Made by a program: the position numbers and the translations under genes
Shown here: in pieces, positions 49,059 through 59,182 of the stretch
How the letters are laid out: each line of letters starts with the position of its first letter
Position numbering within the stretch: position 1 is the stretch's first letter
The notes under the pieces: generated by a model
The model's input: only the letters and a program-made list of their open reading frames with translations
Databases searched by the model: none
Told to the model about the DNA's origin: nothing
Source of the DNA: Candidatus Latescibacterota bacterium
GTDB taxonomy: Bacteria > Latescibacterota > UBA2968
Direction: 5' to 3'
Length of the DNA stretch: 64,000 nt
Assembly (NCBI GenBank): GCA_965198115.1
Contig: OZ240241.1
Span: forward strand, 6,688,001 to 6,752,000

Positions 49059-49211
49059 GTGTGGGCGACGTTTTGGGGTCTCTTCCTGTTGGTCAGTCTG
49101 GCGATCTTCGCAGGTGTTGCGATTGTGGTGACCGTGCGCGGGTTTGGTGAGGCGAGGGCGTTGCTCGGGCGTGGAGACGATCAGGATGAGGGGTCTGGAG
49201 CCGACGGCTGA
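49059..49211 (+). CDS. Small single-pass membrane protein coupled to the symporter
   Basis: GTG 1 nt after the symporter stop; WATFWGLFLLVSLAIFAGVAIVVTVRG. Confidence 0.6.
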   Translation: MWATFWGLFLLVSLAIFAGVAIVVTVRGFGEARALLGRGDDQDEGSGADG

Positions 49212-49363
49212 TGCCCTTTGCAGTCGAGAACGGGGACGTAGGGGTAGCGGGGGAAAGCCGGATCGGTTTCGGATAGTCGGCAGAGCAGGAAAGTAGATCG
49301 CTCGGTTTCGACAACACGGGCGTGTCGGCACGTTTCGCAGAGATGGGTGGCGGATGCGGACAT
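49181..49363 (-). CDS. Small cysteine-rich conserved hypothetical protein
   Basis: 60 aa with LCETCRHAR..STFLLC.LS.TDP.FPRYP..PVL.C.G; resembles a small putative metal-binding family (recall only). Confidence 0.65.
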   Translation of the reverse strand: MSASATHLCETCRHARVVETERSTFLLCRLSETDPAFPRYPYVPVLDCKGHQPSAPDPSS

Positions 49364-50501
49364 CTACTTTGAGTGATCGTCGGATGTAGGTTGTGAATTG
49401 CGTTAGAAGCTGTGCGGAAGCGCACAACGAGTTGCGTTTTCGCACCTGATCCGGCGGTTCCGCGTCAGTCCATTTCTCGACCTCCTACAACACGGCCTGG
49501 ATTCCAGTCTGGCACGTGTCTTGCCCCATGGTTCTTGAGCAGGACGGTTAGAGGGATCTTTTCCTTGACACACTTTAGTGATGGTTGGACTTGTTGGCCC
49601 TGACTTCGGCTGCGCTCGCGAATCCTTTCGATGATCTGATCGGGATTCGGAGCGAGTCGATCCTCGAATACGATGCATCCACCGGCTCGTTGGAGCTGAA
49701 GAGCGAACGGTTTGGGAATACGAGGAATATACCTTTCGTCGATGCCGATCGCATACTCACCGTCCGCATTGCAAACGCACGTTTCGGGGCACAATATCGG
49801 ATCGAGACCTCGGAGGGCATCGTCGCGCGCACGTCAGAGATTCGAGGCCTCAACGAGGCGATCGATTTGTTCACCGCGATGGCTGTTCCGTTCGCGTCGA
49901 CGCTTCCCCGCGACATCGTGGCGCCACCCGACAAGGGTGGAGCACCTACGATGGATATTCTGGTCGACGAGGACGGCAATCCACGTCGTCTTTGGACATT
50001 AACAGAGGTGAGAAAGGTTCGTTTTGCAATTGCGAGAGAAATGGCGGCATTGACGGCAGAGGTGAACGACATCGGCCTGGACGTGACCGATTACACCGGT
50101 GCGACCATCAGGGGTTCGAACTTCCAGGAGTTATCCGATCTGAAAGGCGTCGAGGACATCGATCCCGAGCAGTCCCTTTCTGCACGAGTATACAACTTCA
50201 CCACCCGGCTTCCCGCTGGTGCTCCGTCACTGAGAGATTTAATCGACTTCGTGAACGACGCAAACGTTTTGCTCATGGAAGCGAAAGCGATTCGAAATGT
50301 GAGGGAGTCACCTGGGTTTCTTAGCAAAAGGGATTCTCTTCTTGCCCGAATCGACAGAGCCACAAACCGCGCCAGCACGATGCAAGAGAATTTGGACGGC
50401 GTCCACGCGATTGTCGGGTTCGTTCAGGCTCTGGTCAACTACAAACAGGCCTCCATTCCCCAGGAGGACACTGCTCGACAGAAGAAGGTGGAAGTTCGCG
50501 A

Positions 50502-51877
50502 GAGCTATAATCATAAAGGTGTGGAAAAAGAGGAAAGGGCGACCCTACCCTTCCCGTGAGATAGTTGATTCACACAAAACCGGGTGAGAGGCCCGGTTGG
50601 GAAGGAGGATCGCCGTGAAGGAACATACGCATAGAGCCCCATTGAAGTCCATGCCGACGTGGGAGACGGTTGACGATTGGATCCGTGAAGAGATCCAGGG
50701 CCGGTTCCAGTCCATTCTGGAGGAGGAGGCGACCGCGTTCTTGGGCCGGTCGTGGTATGAGCGCCGAGCCGAGGTCGATAGCTCCAGGGGCTACAGGAAC
50801 GGCTACGGCAAGCCCCGGCGTCTCTCGACGAGCTGCGGAACGATCAAGGTCCGGCGTCCCCGGGTTCGTGGTCTGGAAGAGCGGTTTGAAAGCCGCATCC
50901 TCCCCCTGTTCGCCCGGAGAACCAGGGCCATTGGAGATCTGCTTCCCGACCTTTATCTCCACGGTCTCTCCCAGGGCGACTTCGAGTTGTCTTTGCGTGC
51001 GCTGCTCGGTGATGGCGCGCCGCTTTCGCCGACCTCGATCGCTCGTCTTCGAGGGAAGTGGGAGGTCGACTTCCAGGACTGGAAAGAAAGGCGTCTGGAT
51101 AATCGCGAACTGGTCTACGCCTGGGCTGATGGCATCTACGTCAAAGCCGGGCTCGAGCGCGAGAAGGCGTGTCTGCTGGTCGTGATCGGCGCGATGAGCG
51201 ACGGCAGCAAGGAGATCCTGGCGATAGAACCCGGTTATCGAGAGTCTACAGAATCCTGGCTCACGGTGCTCCGGGATCTCCGGGATCGCGGGCTCGAACA
51301 TCCTGTCCTGATCGCCGCGGACGGGAATATGGGCATCTGGGCGGCCGTTGATCAGGTCTGGCCAGAGAGCCGGCAACAACGGTGCTGGAACCACAAGATC
51401 CTCAACGTGCTCGACAAGGTCGCCAAGCGTGCACAGGCTGAAGCCCGCGCACTGCTCGTCCAGATCCCCTATGCCGGCACGAAAAAGGAGGCCGAGAAGC
51501 TCCGGAAACGCTTTGCCGCACGGTATCGCTCACAGTTCCCTGCCGCCGTGGAGACGCTCGAAAGAGACTGGGATCGGATGGTCACGTTCTACGACTTCCC
51601 GAAGGAACACTGGAAACACCTGAGAACCACGAACGTCGTCGAGAGCCCCTTTGCTTCCGTTCGGCTTCGCACAAACGCCGCCAGGCGATTCAAGAAAGTC
51701 AGGAACGCCACGGCTCTCATCTGGCGTACGCTCAAGGTCGCAGAGAGCCGATTCAGGAAACTCACCGCGCCACACTTGCTACAACAAGTCTACGATCAGA
51801 AACACTCAACCGGACCGCAGGTCGAAGCCGGGAAGATGGCCGCCTGATTTCTTTTACACACCTATTGACCTGAGCTC
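50502..51877 (+). mobile_element. IS256 family element, copy 2 (1376 bp)
   Basis: Same ends and transposase as copy 1; 8-bp DR GTTCGCGA at 50494-50501 and 51878-51885. Confidence 0.95.
50615..51847 (+). CDS. IS256 family transposase (same protein as copy 1)
   Basis: Translation in the ORF track is identical to 38948..40198. Confidence 0.95.
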   Translation: MKEHTHRAPLKSMPTWETVDDWIREEIQGRFQSILEEEATAFLGRSWYERRAEVDSSRGYRNGYGKPRRLSTSCGTIKVRRPRVRGLEERFESRILPLFARRTRAIGDLLPDLYLHGLSQGDFELSLRALLGDGAPLSPTSIARLRGKWEVDFQDWKERRLDNRELVYAWADGIYVKAGLEREKACLLVVIGAMSDGSKEILAIEPGYRESTESWLTVLRDLRDRGLEHPVLIAADGNMGIWAAVDQVWPESRQQRCWNHKILNVLDKVAKRAQAEARALLVQIPYAGTKKEAEKLRKRFAARYRSQFPAAVETLERDWDRMVTFYDFPKEHWKHLRTTNVVESPFASVRLRTNAARRFKKVRNATALIWRTLKVAESRFRKLTAPHLLQQVYDQKHSTGPQVEAGKMAA

Positions 51878-53431
51878 GTTCGCGAAGCCGAGTTGCTCAT
51901 CGAACTGCTCGAAGACGTTGTGAAAGACCTGGAAGCCCAGTCTGTTAAAAGCTCAGCAAAGGACCTGAAAGGCAAACTTAGAACGGATCTCTTAGCGAGC
52001 TACGTAAGACTTCGTGCACACCATTTCGCCCTTCTTGCGGAGGACATTGGAGGTAAAGCAACACAGACCAAGATCGACCAGATCGAGGAGAGGATTTCGG
52101 AACTCAAGGGTCTTCTCAGTGATGTGCAGGACGCATCAGAAGAATTGCCACCGGCTGATGTGGCAGGTCTTGGACCACGCAAGAATGAACTCAAGAGAGA
52201 ACGCGAAGCTCTGGTAGGAAAGCAGAAAGCAACGATTCCCTATGAAGCAGTCTCCGAGCTTGTGAAACACCGCGGCGGAGGACTGCAGGCCGACGTATTG
52301 TCTGAACCCGTCCTCGAGAGGTTCGAAGATCTTCGATCGATTTACTCAGATTCGATGTCCGTCGCGATTCTTCGGCAGGTCGTGATCGATCTCCAACTGT
52401 ATCGAGAGGAGGACCTCACTTCTCTCCGCAATGAATTGCGGCGGTTGCACCAGGATATCGACAACACCAACATCCAAGTTCTCATATCAAACGTTGGTAC
52501 ACATCGGCGATCGGTCCAGGCGAAGGCACAGAACCTGAACCTTCCACGTGTGGCCCTCAATCTGAGGGTCCGACAGATGATCGAGGGACTCGTAGGACTC
52601 TACCGAAGTTCAAGCACGAGCCTCAATGTGGACCGTCACTTTGGGCCGTGGGACGGGAACCGTTTCATCGGTGTGAGGATCTTCGAGAAAGATGCGTTTG
52701 TGAAATCGACCGCGGCCAGCTTGACACCCTTCGCGTTTCCGGGTGCAGGTCTTCATCTGTTGGCCAGCGCTTCGGTGGACAGCCTGCTCACGAAGGCTCA
52801 GGCGGATTCCGTTCGTGCGAGATTAGCGACGGCTTCTGATGTGGCGGCGGACGGATTCCGAATGGTGGCCAGCGGCGGATTCGAAGTCCACAAGCGGCAC
52901 CGCATCGGATTCGGAGGCGGGATCGTATTCGGGAATGCAGAACAGATCGAGTTTCAACTGGGCAACGTAGTTCCCGACACAATGATCCAGGACACGGAAT
53001 CCAGATTTGTTCCCATAAGAACTGACTCGAGCGGACCGGTGACGTCGCGGCAGGTCTTTGCCAAGGAAGGAAATCTGAACTTCATAATGTCCCTTACAGT
53101 TTACCTTCGTAAGCTGGACACGTTTCCAGGTGGGGGACCTGGAAACGGCTTGCTCGCGGGCGTGCCTCTCGCCGCTCCGACAAAGAACTTGCTCCTCGGC
53201 CTTACGTACGAGCCGGTTCCCGGTTTCCAGTTCATGGTAGGACGGCAATACGTTTCAGAGACGGATTTCGGCCGTCTCGAGTCCGAAGATGTGATTTTGC
53301 ATGACGCTCTCAAGGATCGTTTGACGCGCGCACTCGATACCAAGAAGAAAAACGGCTGGTTCCTGGGCATTGGCTTCGAACTGTCGGCATTCAATCGCAT
53401 CATTGGACGTGACAAGGTGCAGAAGCCCGCG

Positions 53432-53545
53432 CCAGAACCAGAGCCCGAGCCTGAACCAGAGCCCGAGCCTGAACCAGAGCCCGAGCCTGAACCAGAGCCA
53501 GAACCTGAGCCCGAGCCCGAACCCGAACCAGAGCCCGAACCTGAG
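53432..53545 (+). repeat. Coding repeat (Pro-Glu)x19, with 18-nt unit CCAGAGCCCGAGCCTGAA
   Basis: Read directly; 114 nt. Confidence 0.95.
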
Positions 53546-53610
53546 CCAGATCCGGACGCAGAGGCGGAGCTGGAAATGGATCCATAGCCAATCAAGAGTA
53601 TTCTGAGCGC

Positions 53611-53652
53611 GAATGAGGGCCTATCACTGTCAGGGATGGGCCCTCGTTTATT
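53611..53652 (+). terminator. Terminator hairpin
   Basis: GAATGAGGGCCTATC/GATGGGCCCTCGTTT stem followed by ATT. Confidence 0.6.
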
Positions 53653-53852
53653 AGGTGTTCACGAATTGACTCAGGCGCACAAGCTGAACATCTTTCGCGT
53701 CGCTCTACCGATTGGGAATCGGGGATTTCGAACGGGGATCCTCTTGATGTTGGCAGGGCTGGTGTAGTTAGGGCGTTCCCAGACTCTCTGGCGGAGCCGG
53801 CCTTATTCGTAACCGATTTGGCTTGATTGACAAACGGAAACGTGGAGAACCC

Positions 53853-54941
53853 ATGAAGATTACGGATGTCATCGTGCACAACCTGACATACAAGACGAAA
53901 CATCCTTACGCCAACTCCTTCATGTACAACAGAAGCAGATCCACAGCCGTGATCGAGGTTCGAACGGATAACGGCCTCGTGGGTTGGGGCGAAGGAGGCG
54001 CGCCGAGTCCGGGCGACATTGAAGCGCACGCGCTCGGACGTAGCCCTTTCGATTATGAGGTGATCTACGATGGGCTCGCCTCGCGTGGTCGAAATGCCCG
54101 TTCAGCCTGTGGCGTGGAGATCGCACTGTGGGACTTGATGGGTAAGGCGCTCGAGAAACCGGTCTACGAGTTACTCGGGGGGGCGCGCAGGACCGAGGCG
54201 ACAGCCTACGCGAGTGGGCTTTTCAAGCTCGAGGGCGAAGACCACGTTCAGAGTCTCTATGACGAGGCGAGCCGCTACCGGGATATGGGTTTTCAAGCGG
54301 TGAAGATGAAGATCGGGTTTGGTCGAGACGTGGATGAGGCGATCGTCGCGTCCGTGCGGAAAGCGATCGGTCCGGACATCGAGCTGGCCGTGGACGCGAA
54401 CTGCCGTTACGACGTGGCAACGGCGATCGATGTGGGTCGAAGGATCGATCCCTATGACATGCTCTGGTACGAGGAGCCGATCGTGCCGCAGGATGTGGAC
54501 GGATATTGCCACATCAAACAGGCGTTACCGATGCGAATCGTGGGGGCCGAGGGTCTGGCCGGACTGCGCGCGTTTCGAGAGATCGTCCAACGCAGAGCCC
54601 TTCACGCCATCCAACCGGACATCAGCATCGCGGGTGGGTTTACGGAAGGACGACGCATCGGGGCCCTCGCTGCAGCCAACCACGTTCGCGTGATTCCACA
54701 CAATTGGGGCGGCATCGTCCGGCTGGCGGCAACGCTGCATTGGCTGGCGACACTCCCCGACGATCCTGTCGCGCTCAATCTCTTTCCGTCTTACCTGGAA
54801 TACGACATGACGGAGAACGGGATCCGTACCGATCTGTCGCCCACGACGTTCGACGCCGTAGATGGAATCGTGAAGATTCCGGATCGGCCGGGGCTGGGGG
54901 TGGAGGTGGATAGGGATGCGCTGGAGAGGCACGCGCGGTAG
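53853..54941 (+). CDS. Mandelate racemase/muconate lactonizing enzyme family protein
   Basis: Motifs EIALWDLMGK, KMK, VDAN, YEEP, GAEG, QPD, IPH, PGLGVE. Confidence 0.9.
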   Translation: MKITDVIVHNLTYKTKHPYANSFMYNRSRSTAVIEVRTDNGLVGWGEGGAPSPGDIEAHALGRSPFDYEVIYDGLASRGRNARSACGVEIALWDLMGKALEKPVYELLGGARRTEATAYASGLFKLEGEDHVQSLYDEASRYRDMGFQAVKMKIGFGRDVDEAIVASVRKAIGPDIELAVDANCRYDVATAIDVGRRIDPYDMLWYEEPIVPQDVDGYCHIKQALPMRIVGAEGLAGLRAFREIVQRRALHAIQPDISIAGGFTEGRRIGALAAANHVRVIPHNWGGIVRLAATLHWLATLPDDPVALNLFPSYLEYDMTENGIRTDLSPTTFDAVDGIVKIPDRPGLGVEVDRDALERHAR

Positions 54942-54968
54942 TCAGCACATACTACTGATGCAGCAAGG

Positions 54969-55006
54969 ATTGTCATCCCGGCCAAGAAGCGTACCGGGGT
55001 GACAAT
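54969..55006. repeat. REP-like hairpin / possible terminator
   Basis: ATTGTCATCCCGG/CCGGGGTGACAAT; a related arm TGTCACCCCGGTA lies at 15376-15388. Confidence 0.6.
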
Positions 55007-55056
55007 TGGTTTTGTTCGGGGATTATGTTGGAGCACTCGTTTGAGGATACTCGGAC

Positions 55057-56151
55057 ATGAAAATCACTGACATCATTTTTCACGACCTCGATTACGAAGT
55101 GAAGCGGCGTTACCGGAACTGCTGCTCACCGTGGATCGGAAACCGTCCGGCTTCGATCGTCGAGGTGCTGACGGATAACGGGCTCGTTGGTTGGGGTGAG
55201 GGGGGAGGAGGTCTTTCGCCAGGGGAGATCGAGATGTACGCCCTCGGGCGGAGTCCGTTCGATTACGAGGTGATCTACGATGGGCTGAGTCGAGGGGGTC
55301 GACAGGGCAGCCGAGCGTGTGGTGTGGAGATCGCCCTTTGGGATCTCATGGGTAAAGCGTTGGACAAACCCGTACATCAACTGCTGGGAGGCGCCCGTAG
55401 AACGTCTGTGACGGCCTACGCGAGCGGGTTCTTTCAACTGGAAGGGCTCGACCACGTTCCGAGCGTGGTCGACGAGGCCAAACGCTGTCGGGATGCAGGA
55501 TTTCGCGCCCTCAAGCTCAGAATCGGCTTCGGACGTGAGATCGACGAGCAGCTCGTCGGATTGGTTCGCGAGGCGGTCGGAGACGATGTCGGGATCGCCG
55601 GAGACGTCAACCGGGGCTACGACGCCCCGACGGCCATCGACGTCGGGAGGCGCCTGGTTCAGTATGACCTTCTATGGTACGAGGAACCGATCGACGATGA
55701 TTTCGTCGACGGATACCTGGAGGTCAAGCAAGCCCTCCCGCTCCGCATCTCGGGAGCGGAGGGCCTGAGCGGGTTGCGGTCATTTCGCGAGATCATCCAG
55801 CGACGAGCCGTCGACGTGATCCAGCCCGACATCAGTCGAGCGGGTGGGTTTACCGAAGGACGGCGGATCAGCGCCCTGGCCTACGCGAATCACGTGGGAG
55901 TGATGCCGCACATGTTCGGTACCGTGGTTCGTCTGGCAGCGACGCTGCAATGGATCGCAACGTTGCCGGAGGATCCGGCCGGGCTTCACCCGCTACCGTG
56001 CTACCTGGAGCTGGATGTGATGGAAAACGGGCTGCGGACGGATCTATCGCCGACCGCGTTCGATCTACAGGACGGTGAGGTGATAATACCGGAGGGCCCG
56101 GGGCTGGGATTGGAAATCGATCGGGAGGCGCTGCGCCGGTTCGCGCGATGA
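55057..56151 (+). CDS. Mandelate racemase/muconate lactonizing enzyme family protein (tandem paralog)
   Basis: Same motifs as 53853..54941, but KLR replaces KMK. Confidence 0.9.
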   Translation: MKITDIIFHDLDYEVKRRYRNCCSPWIGNRPASIVEVLTDNGLVGWGEGGGGLSPGEIEMYALGRSPFDYEVIYDGLSRGGRQGSRACGVEIALWDLMGKALDKPVHQLLGGARRTSVTAYASGFFQLEGLDHVPSVVDEAKRCRDAGFRALKLRIGFGREIDEQLVGLVREAVGDDVGIAGDVNRGYDAPTAIDVGRRLVQYDLLWYEEPIDDDFVDGYLEVKQALPLRISGAEGLSGLRSFREIIQRRAVDVIQPDISRAGGFTEGRRISALAYANHVGVMPHMFGTVVRLAATLQWIATLPEDPAGLHPLPCYLELDVMENGLRTDLSPTAFDLQDGEVIIPEGPGLGLEIDREALRRFAR

Positions 56152-56155
56152 GGAA

Positions 56156-56590
56156 TCAGCTCGGCTGCTGCTTGAAGCTGTCGAGCTCGTGAACACCGGT
56201 CAGGGCTTCGCTGATCTTCTCGGCGGCGTCGACGAGCCGGACCAGCGTATCTAGCTTGATGGGTTTTTCGATCATGACATCCGCGCACATGGCCGTCTGT
56301 TCGGCAATGTCCTCCGGAAAGTGCCCGGAAATGACGGCGATCACGGCGTGCGGACACATGTTGCGGACCATGGAGAGGATGTCGAGGCCGCTCGCCCCGG
56401 GCATGCGGATGTCGAGCGTGATGAGGTCGTATTGCCCGTTGACGACCCTCCCCATGGCCTCTTCACCAGACCCGGCGATGTCCGGGTCGTTGATGCCACG
56501 AGTCTCCAGGACTTGGCAGAAGAAGTCGACGACGGCTTCATCGTCATCGACGATCAGAATCTTCATTCGATCCTCCGACAGGTCTGCCAT
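56156..56590 (-). CDS. Stand-alone response regulator receiver
   Basis: Motifs ILIVDDD, LDIRMPGASG, ISG, KP; TGATG overlap with the upstream gene. Confidence 0.9.
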   Translation of the reverse strand: MADLSEDRMKILIVDDDEAVVDFFCQVLETRGINDPDIAGSGEEAMGRVVNGQYDLITLDIRMPGASGLDILSMVRNMCPHAVIAVISGHFPEDIAEQTAMCADVMIEKPIKLDTLVRLVDAAEKISEALTGVHELDSFKQQPS

Positions 56591-58229
56591 CAAGCAACAG
56601 CATCGAGTGAGTACAGACGGAGTTGGGAGCCCGACGATCCGCCCGTGTGAATGGTGGTTTGGAAGGGTCTCTGATCGGAGCGCGTCCAGGGGATGTCCAA
56701 ACGCCCCGTGTTCGGTAAGATGCGTGGAAAATCCGACCCGGTGACGATCAACGCGACCCGAGCACATTTCGGAAATTCGTAAGCAATGTGGCCCAAGTCA
56801 ATCGTGATTCCGATCGACCCGCCAGGACGCAAGGCCTCTTTTTCTCGAATCCCTCGGCGTAGCAGCATCGAAAAGACCCCACGGTCAGACAGATTACGGC
56901 ACCGTCCGCCTGCTCGACACAGAGTTTGCCGATCAGGTCCGCGTTCTCGGCGGTCGAGGAAACGGTCAGGTCGAGTCGGATAGGGCCTGCGATGGCACAC
57001 GGTTCTGCCAAGGGGTCGCTCCTGAACAACAGGACGTCGTCTCGCGCGAGAATCGGTCGCTGGTCGATCGGGCCCCGTGGTTCCAGCCCCCAGTAGACGG
57101 GTCCGCCCAGTGTAGGGACGGGATTCGAGGGGTCGTTCTGCAACGAGATTTCATCGGGTCCTGAAGCACTCCGCAAGAGTCGGCCCCGTGACAGGTCGTA
57201 GGTGAGAGCCACGGCTTCTGGTGGGGGCCAATCGTCGAAAGACTCCCAGCGATTCCGGCCGAGGGAGAAAACCTTGACCGGCTTTTCCCGCGTCAACCCG
57301 TCATCGACGTCCCGTAGGTGCAGGTCTAAGAAGCGCAGCTCCTCGCCCCTGACGTCGAGGTCGGCGCGCGACCCGAATTCCCACTGACCGTAGTGCGTGC
57401 GGCCCGTCCGGGTGCTGTCGATGGTGGAATGTCCCCAGGGTCCGATGAGCAGGTGTTGATTCTGGCGAGCGGCGGGCGTCACGTCGTCCTGGCGTATGTT
57501 TGCGTAGGCGTTGAACTGCCCCCGCGTGAGGTGATCGAACCAGCCCCCCGCGTGGATACCGGGTATCGCTACGCGCTCGTGCAAGCCGGCCTGATCGATC
57601 TCGCGCCAGTATTCGTCGTCGACGTCGTGCTCCGTCCAGGTGCTCAGAATGGGCGTTTCGAATCCGACGTGGCGGGCGATCTCTTCCGAAGAGCTGAGGC
57701 CGTGGAGGGCCGTCCAGTCGACGTGGTCGAGGGGAGGCTGTGTCCGGGTGCTGGCGTGCGTAAGTGACCAGCGAATGGCATTTCCGAGTGCGAAGCAGCC
57801 ATCGTAGCGCAGCCAGTCTCGGAACCAGGACCCGGGAGCGACGGACGGTGCGATGCAGCGCAACGCCTCGTGACCACTGGCTGCCGCGGGGACCTGGACG
57901 ATGCCGAGGTAACTGCGGCCCCACATTCCGATTCGCCCGTTGCACCACGATTGATTCGCGATCCAGTCGAGGGTCGATTGACCGTCTCTGGCTTCGTCGA
58001 CCAGGGGCGTGAACGTTCCTTCCGAATCGAACTTGCCCCGGCAATCCTGGACGACGACGGCGTAGCCGCGGTGGGTGAAGCGTCGAGCGTTCGCCTGCTG
58101 CTTCGTCCGGTGGTAGGGCGTTCGGATGAGGATGACGGGATGAGGGCCGGGACCCGTCGGTCGGTAGACGTCGGTCGCCAGGCGAATGCTGTCATCGACA
58201 GGAACGAACTGACAGAGGGTAGGTGTCAC
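56590..58229 (-). pseudogene. CocE/NonD family hydrolase, 1-nt frameshift in an A run near 56840
   Basis: Motifs LATDVYRP, RTPY, QDCRG, GRSYLG, GGWFD, GPWGH; C-terminal TGSDFPR lies in the next frame. Confidence 0.85.
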
Positions 58230-58361
58230 ACGACTAAATTGTAGAGTGGATGTTCGAATGTCAAAACACGACGTGCGTGAATGCACGGGTACATAGACAC
58301 GCGTTGGTAGAACAGGGCGATTGGCGTATCTTTCAGACGCACCTTCGAATGAAAGCACAGA

Positions 58362-59182
58362 ATGCCCCGACTCTCCATTTCAAGTTGGACGCTCCACAGA
58401 CTTCTCGGAAGTACGTGGTATCATGAGGAGAATGGCAGCCTGACGAACAGGAACGACGAGACGCCCGAGCTGGTGCTGACCGACGTGCCACGCGCGGCAG
58501 CGGACCACGGGATCGAGACACTTGAGCTGTGCCATTTTCACTTTCCGAACGTGAATGACGACTATCTGCGCGAGGTCAAGCTTCCTTGGCAGAGGCCGGT
58601 GTCGATCTGTTCAGCGTCCTGATCGATACGGGGGACATCACGGGTGACGATGAGCGGGAGCGAGAGAGGGACGTGGCGCTGATCGAGCGATGGATGGAGC
58701 GGGCGTCGCATCTGGGCGCGAGCCACGTCCGGATCATTGCGGGGGACACACCGGCATCGAATGCCACGATCGGCCGGTCGGTCGAGACGTTGCGGAAACT
58801 CGCTGCCTATGGCGAATCCTTCGGTATCCGTGTGTTGACTGAGAATTTCAAGCAGCTCGGATCACGACCCGAGACGGTCAACGCCATTCTGGACGGGTGT
58901 GAGGGCCGCGTCGGTTTGTGCGCCGATTTTGGGAATTTCCCGAGAGAAACGCGTCTTGACGATTTGAGAGAGGTCATGCCGAGAGCCGATTCGATTCACG
59001 CCAAGGCGGACTATCCGAATGGGCAGATCGATGCCGCGGCGTTCGACGTGTGCCTCAGTGTGGCCGAAGATGCCGGGTTCGACGGACCTGTTTCGCTGAT
59101 CTACCAGGACGGGGATGATGTGTGGGAAAGGGTCGAGGAACTGGCCGAGCGTGTTGCGCCCTTCGTCGAGAGTGCCGTGTGA
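58362..59182 (+). pseudogene. Sugar phosphate isomerase/epimerase, frameshifted near 58580
   Basis: MPRLSISSWTLHR..LELCHFHFP is followed in the next frame by AEAGVDLFSVLID..TENF..ADFGNF..HAK. Confidence 0.75.

Larger units (their letters stand above)
49585..53587 (+). pseudogene. ~870-aa exported coiled-coil protein with C-terminal beta-strand domain and (PE)19 tail, interrupted by IS256
   Basis: Removing the IS and one DR joins 49585.. and 51893.. in frame ([15 protein letters not shown]). Confidence 0.85.

Noticed and set aside
38855-51877. Composite transposon carrying clpPX-tig
   Set aside because: Each IS256 has its own flanking DR and the outer flanks do not match, so the insertions were independent.
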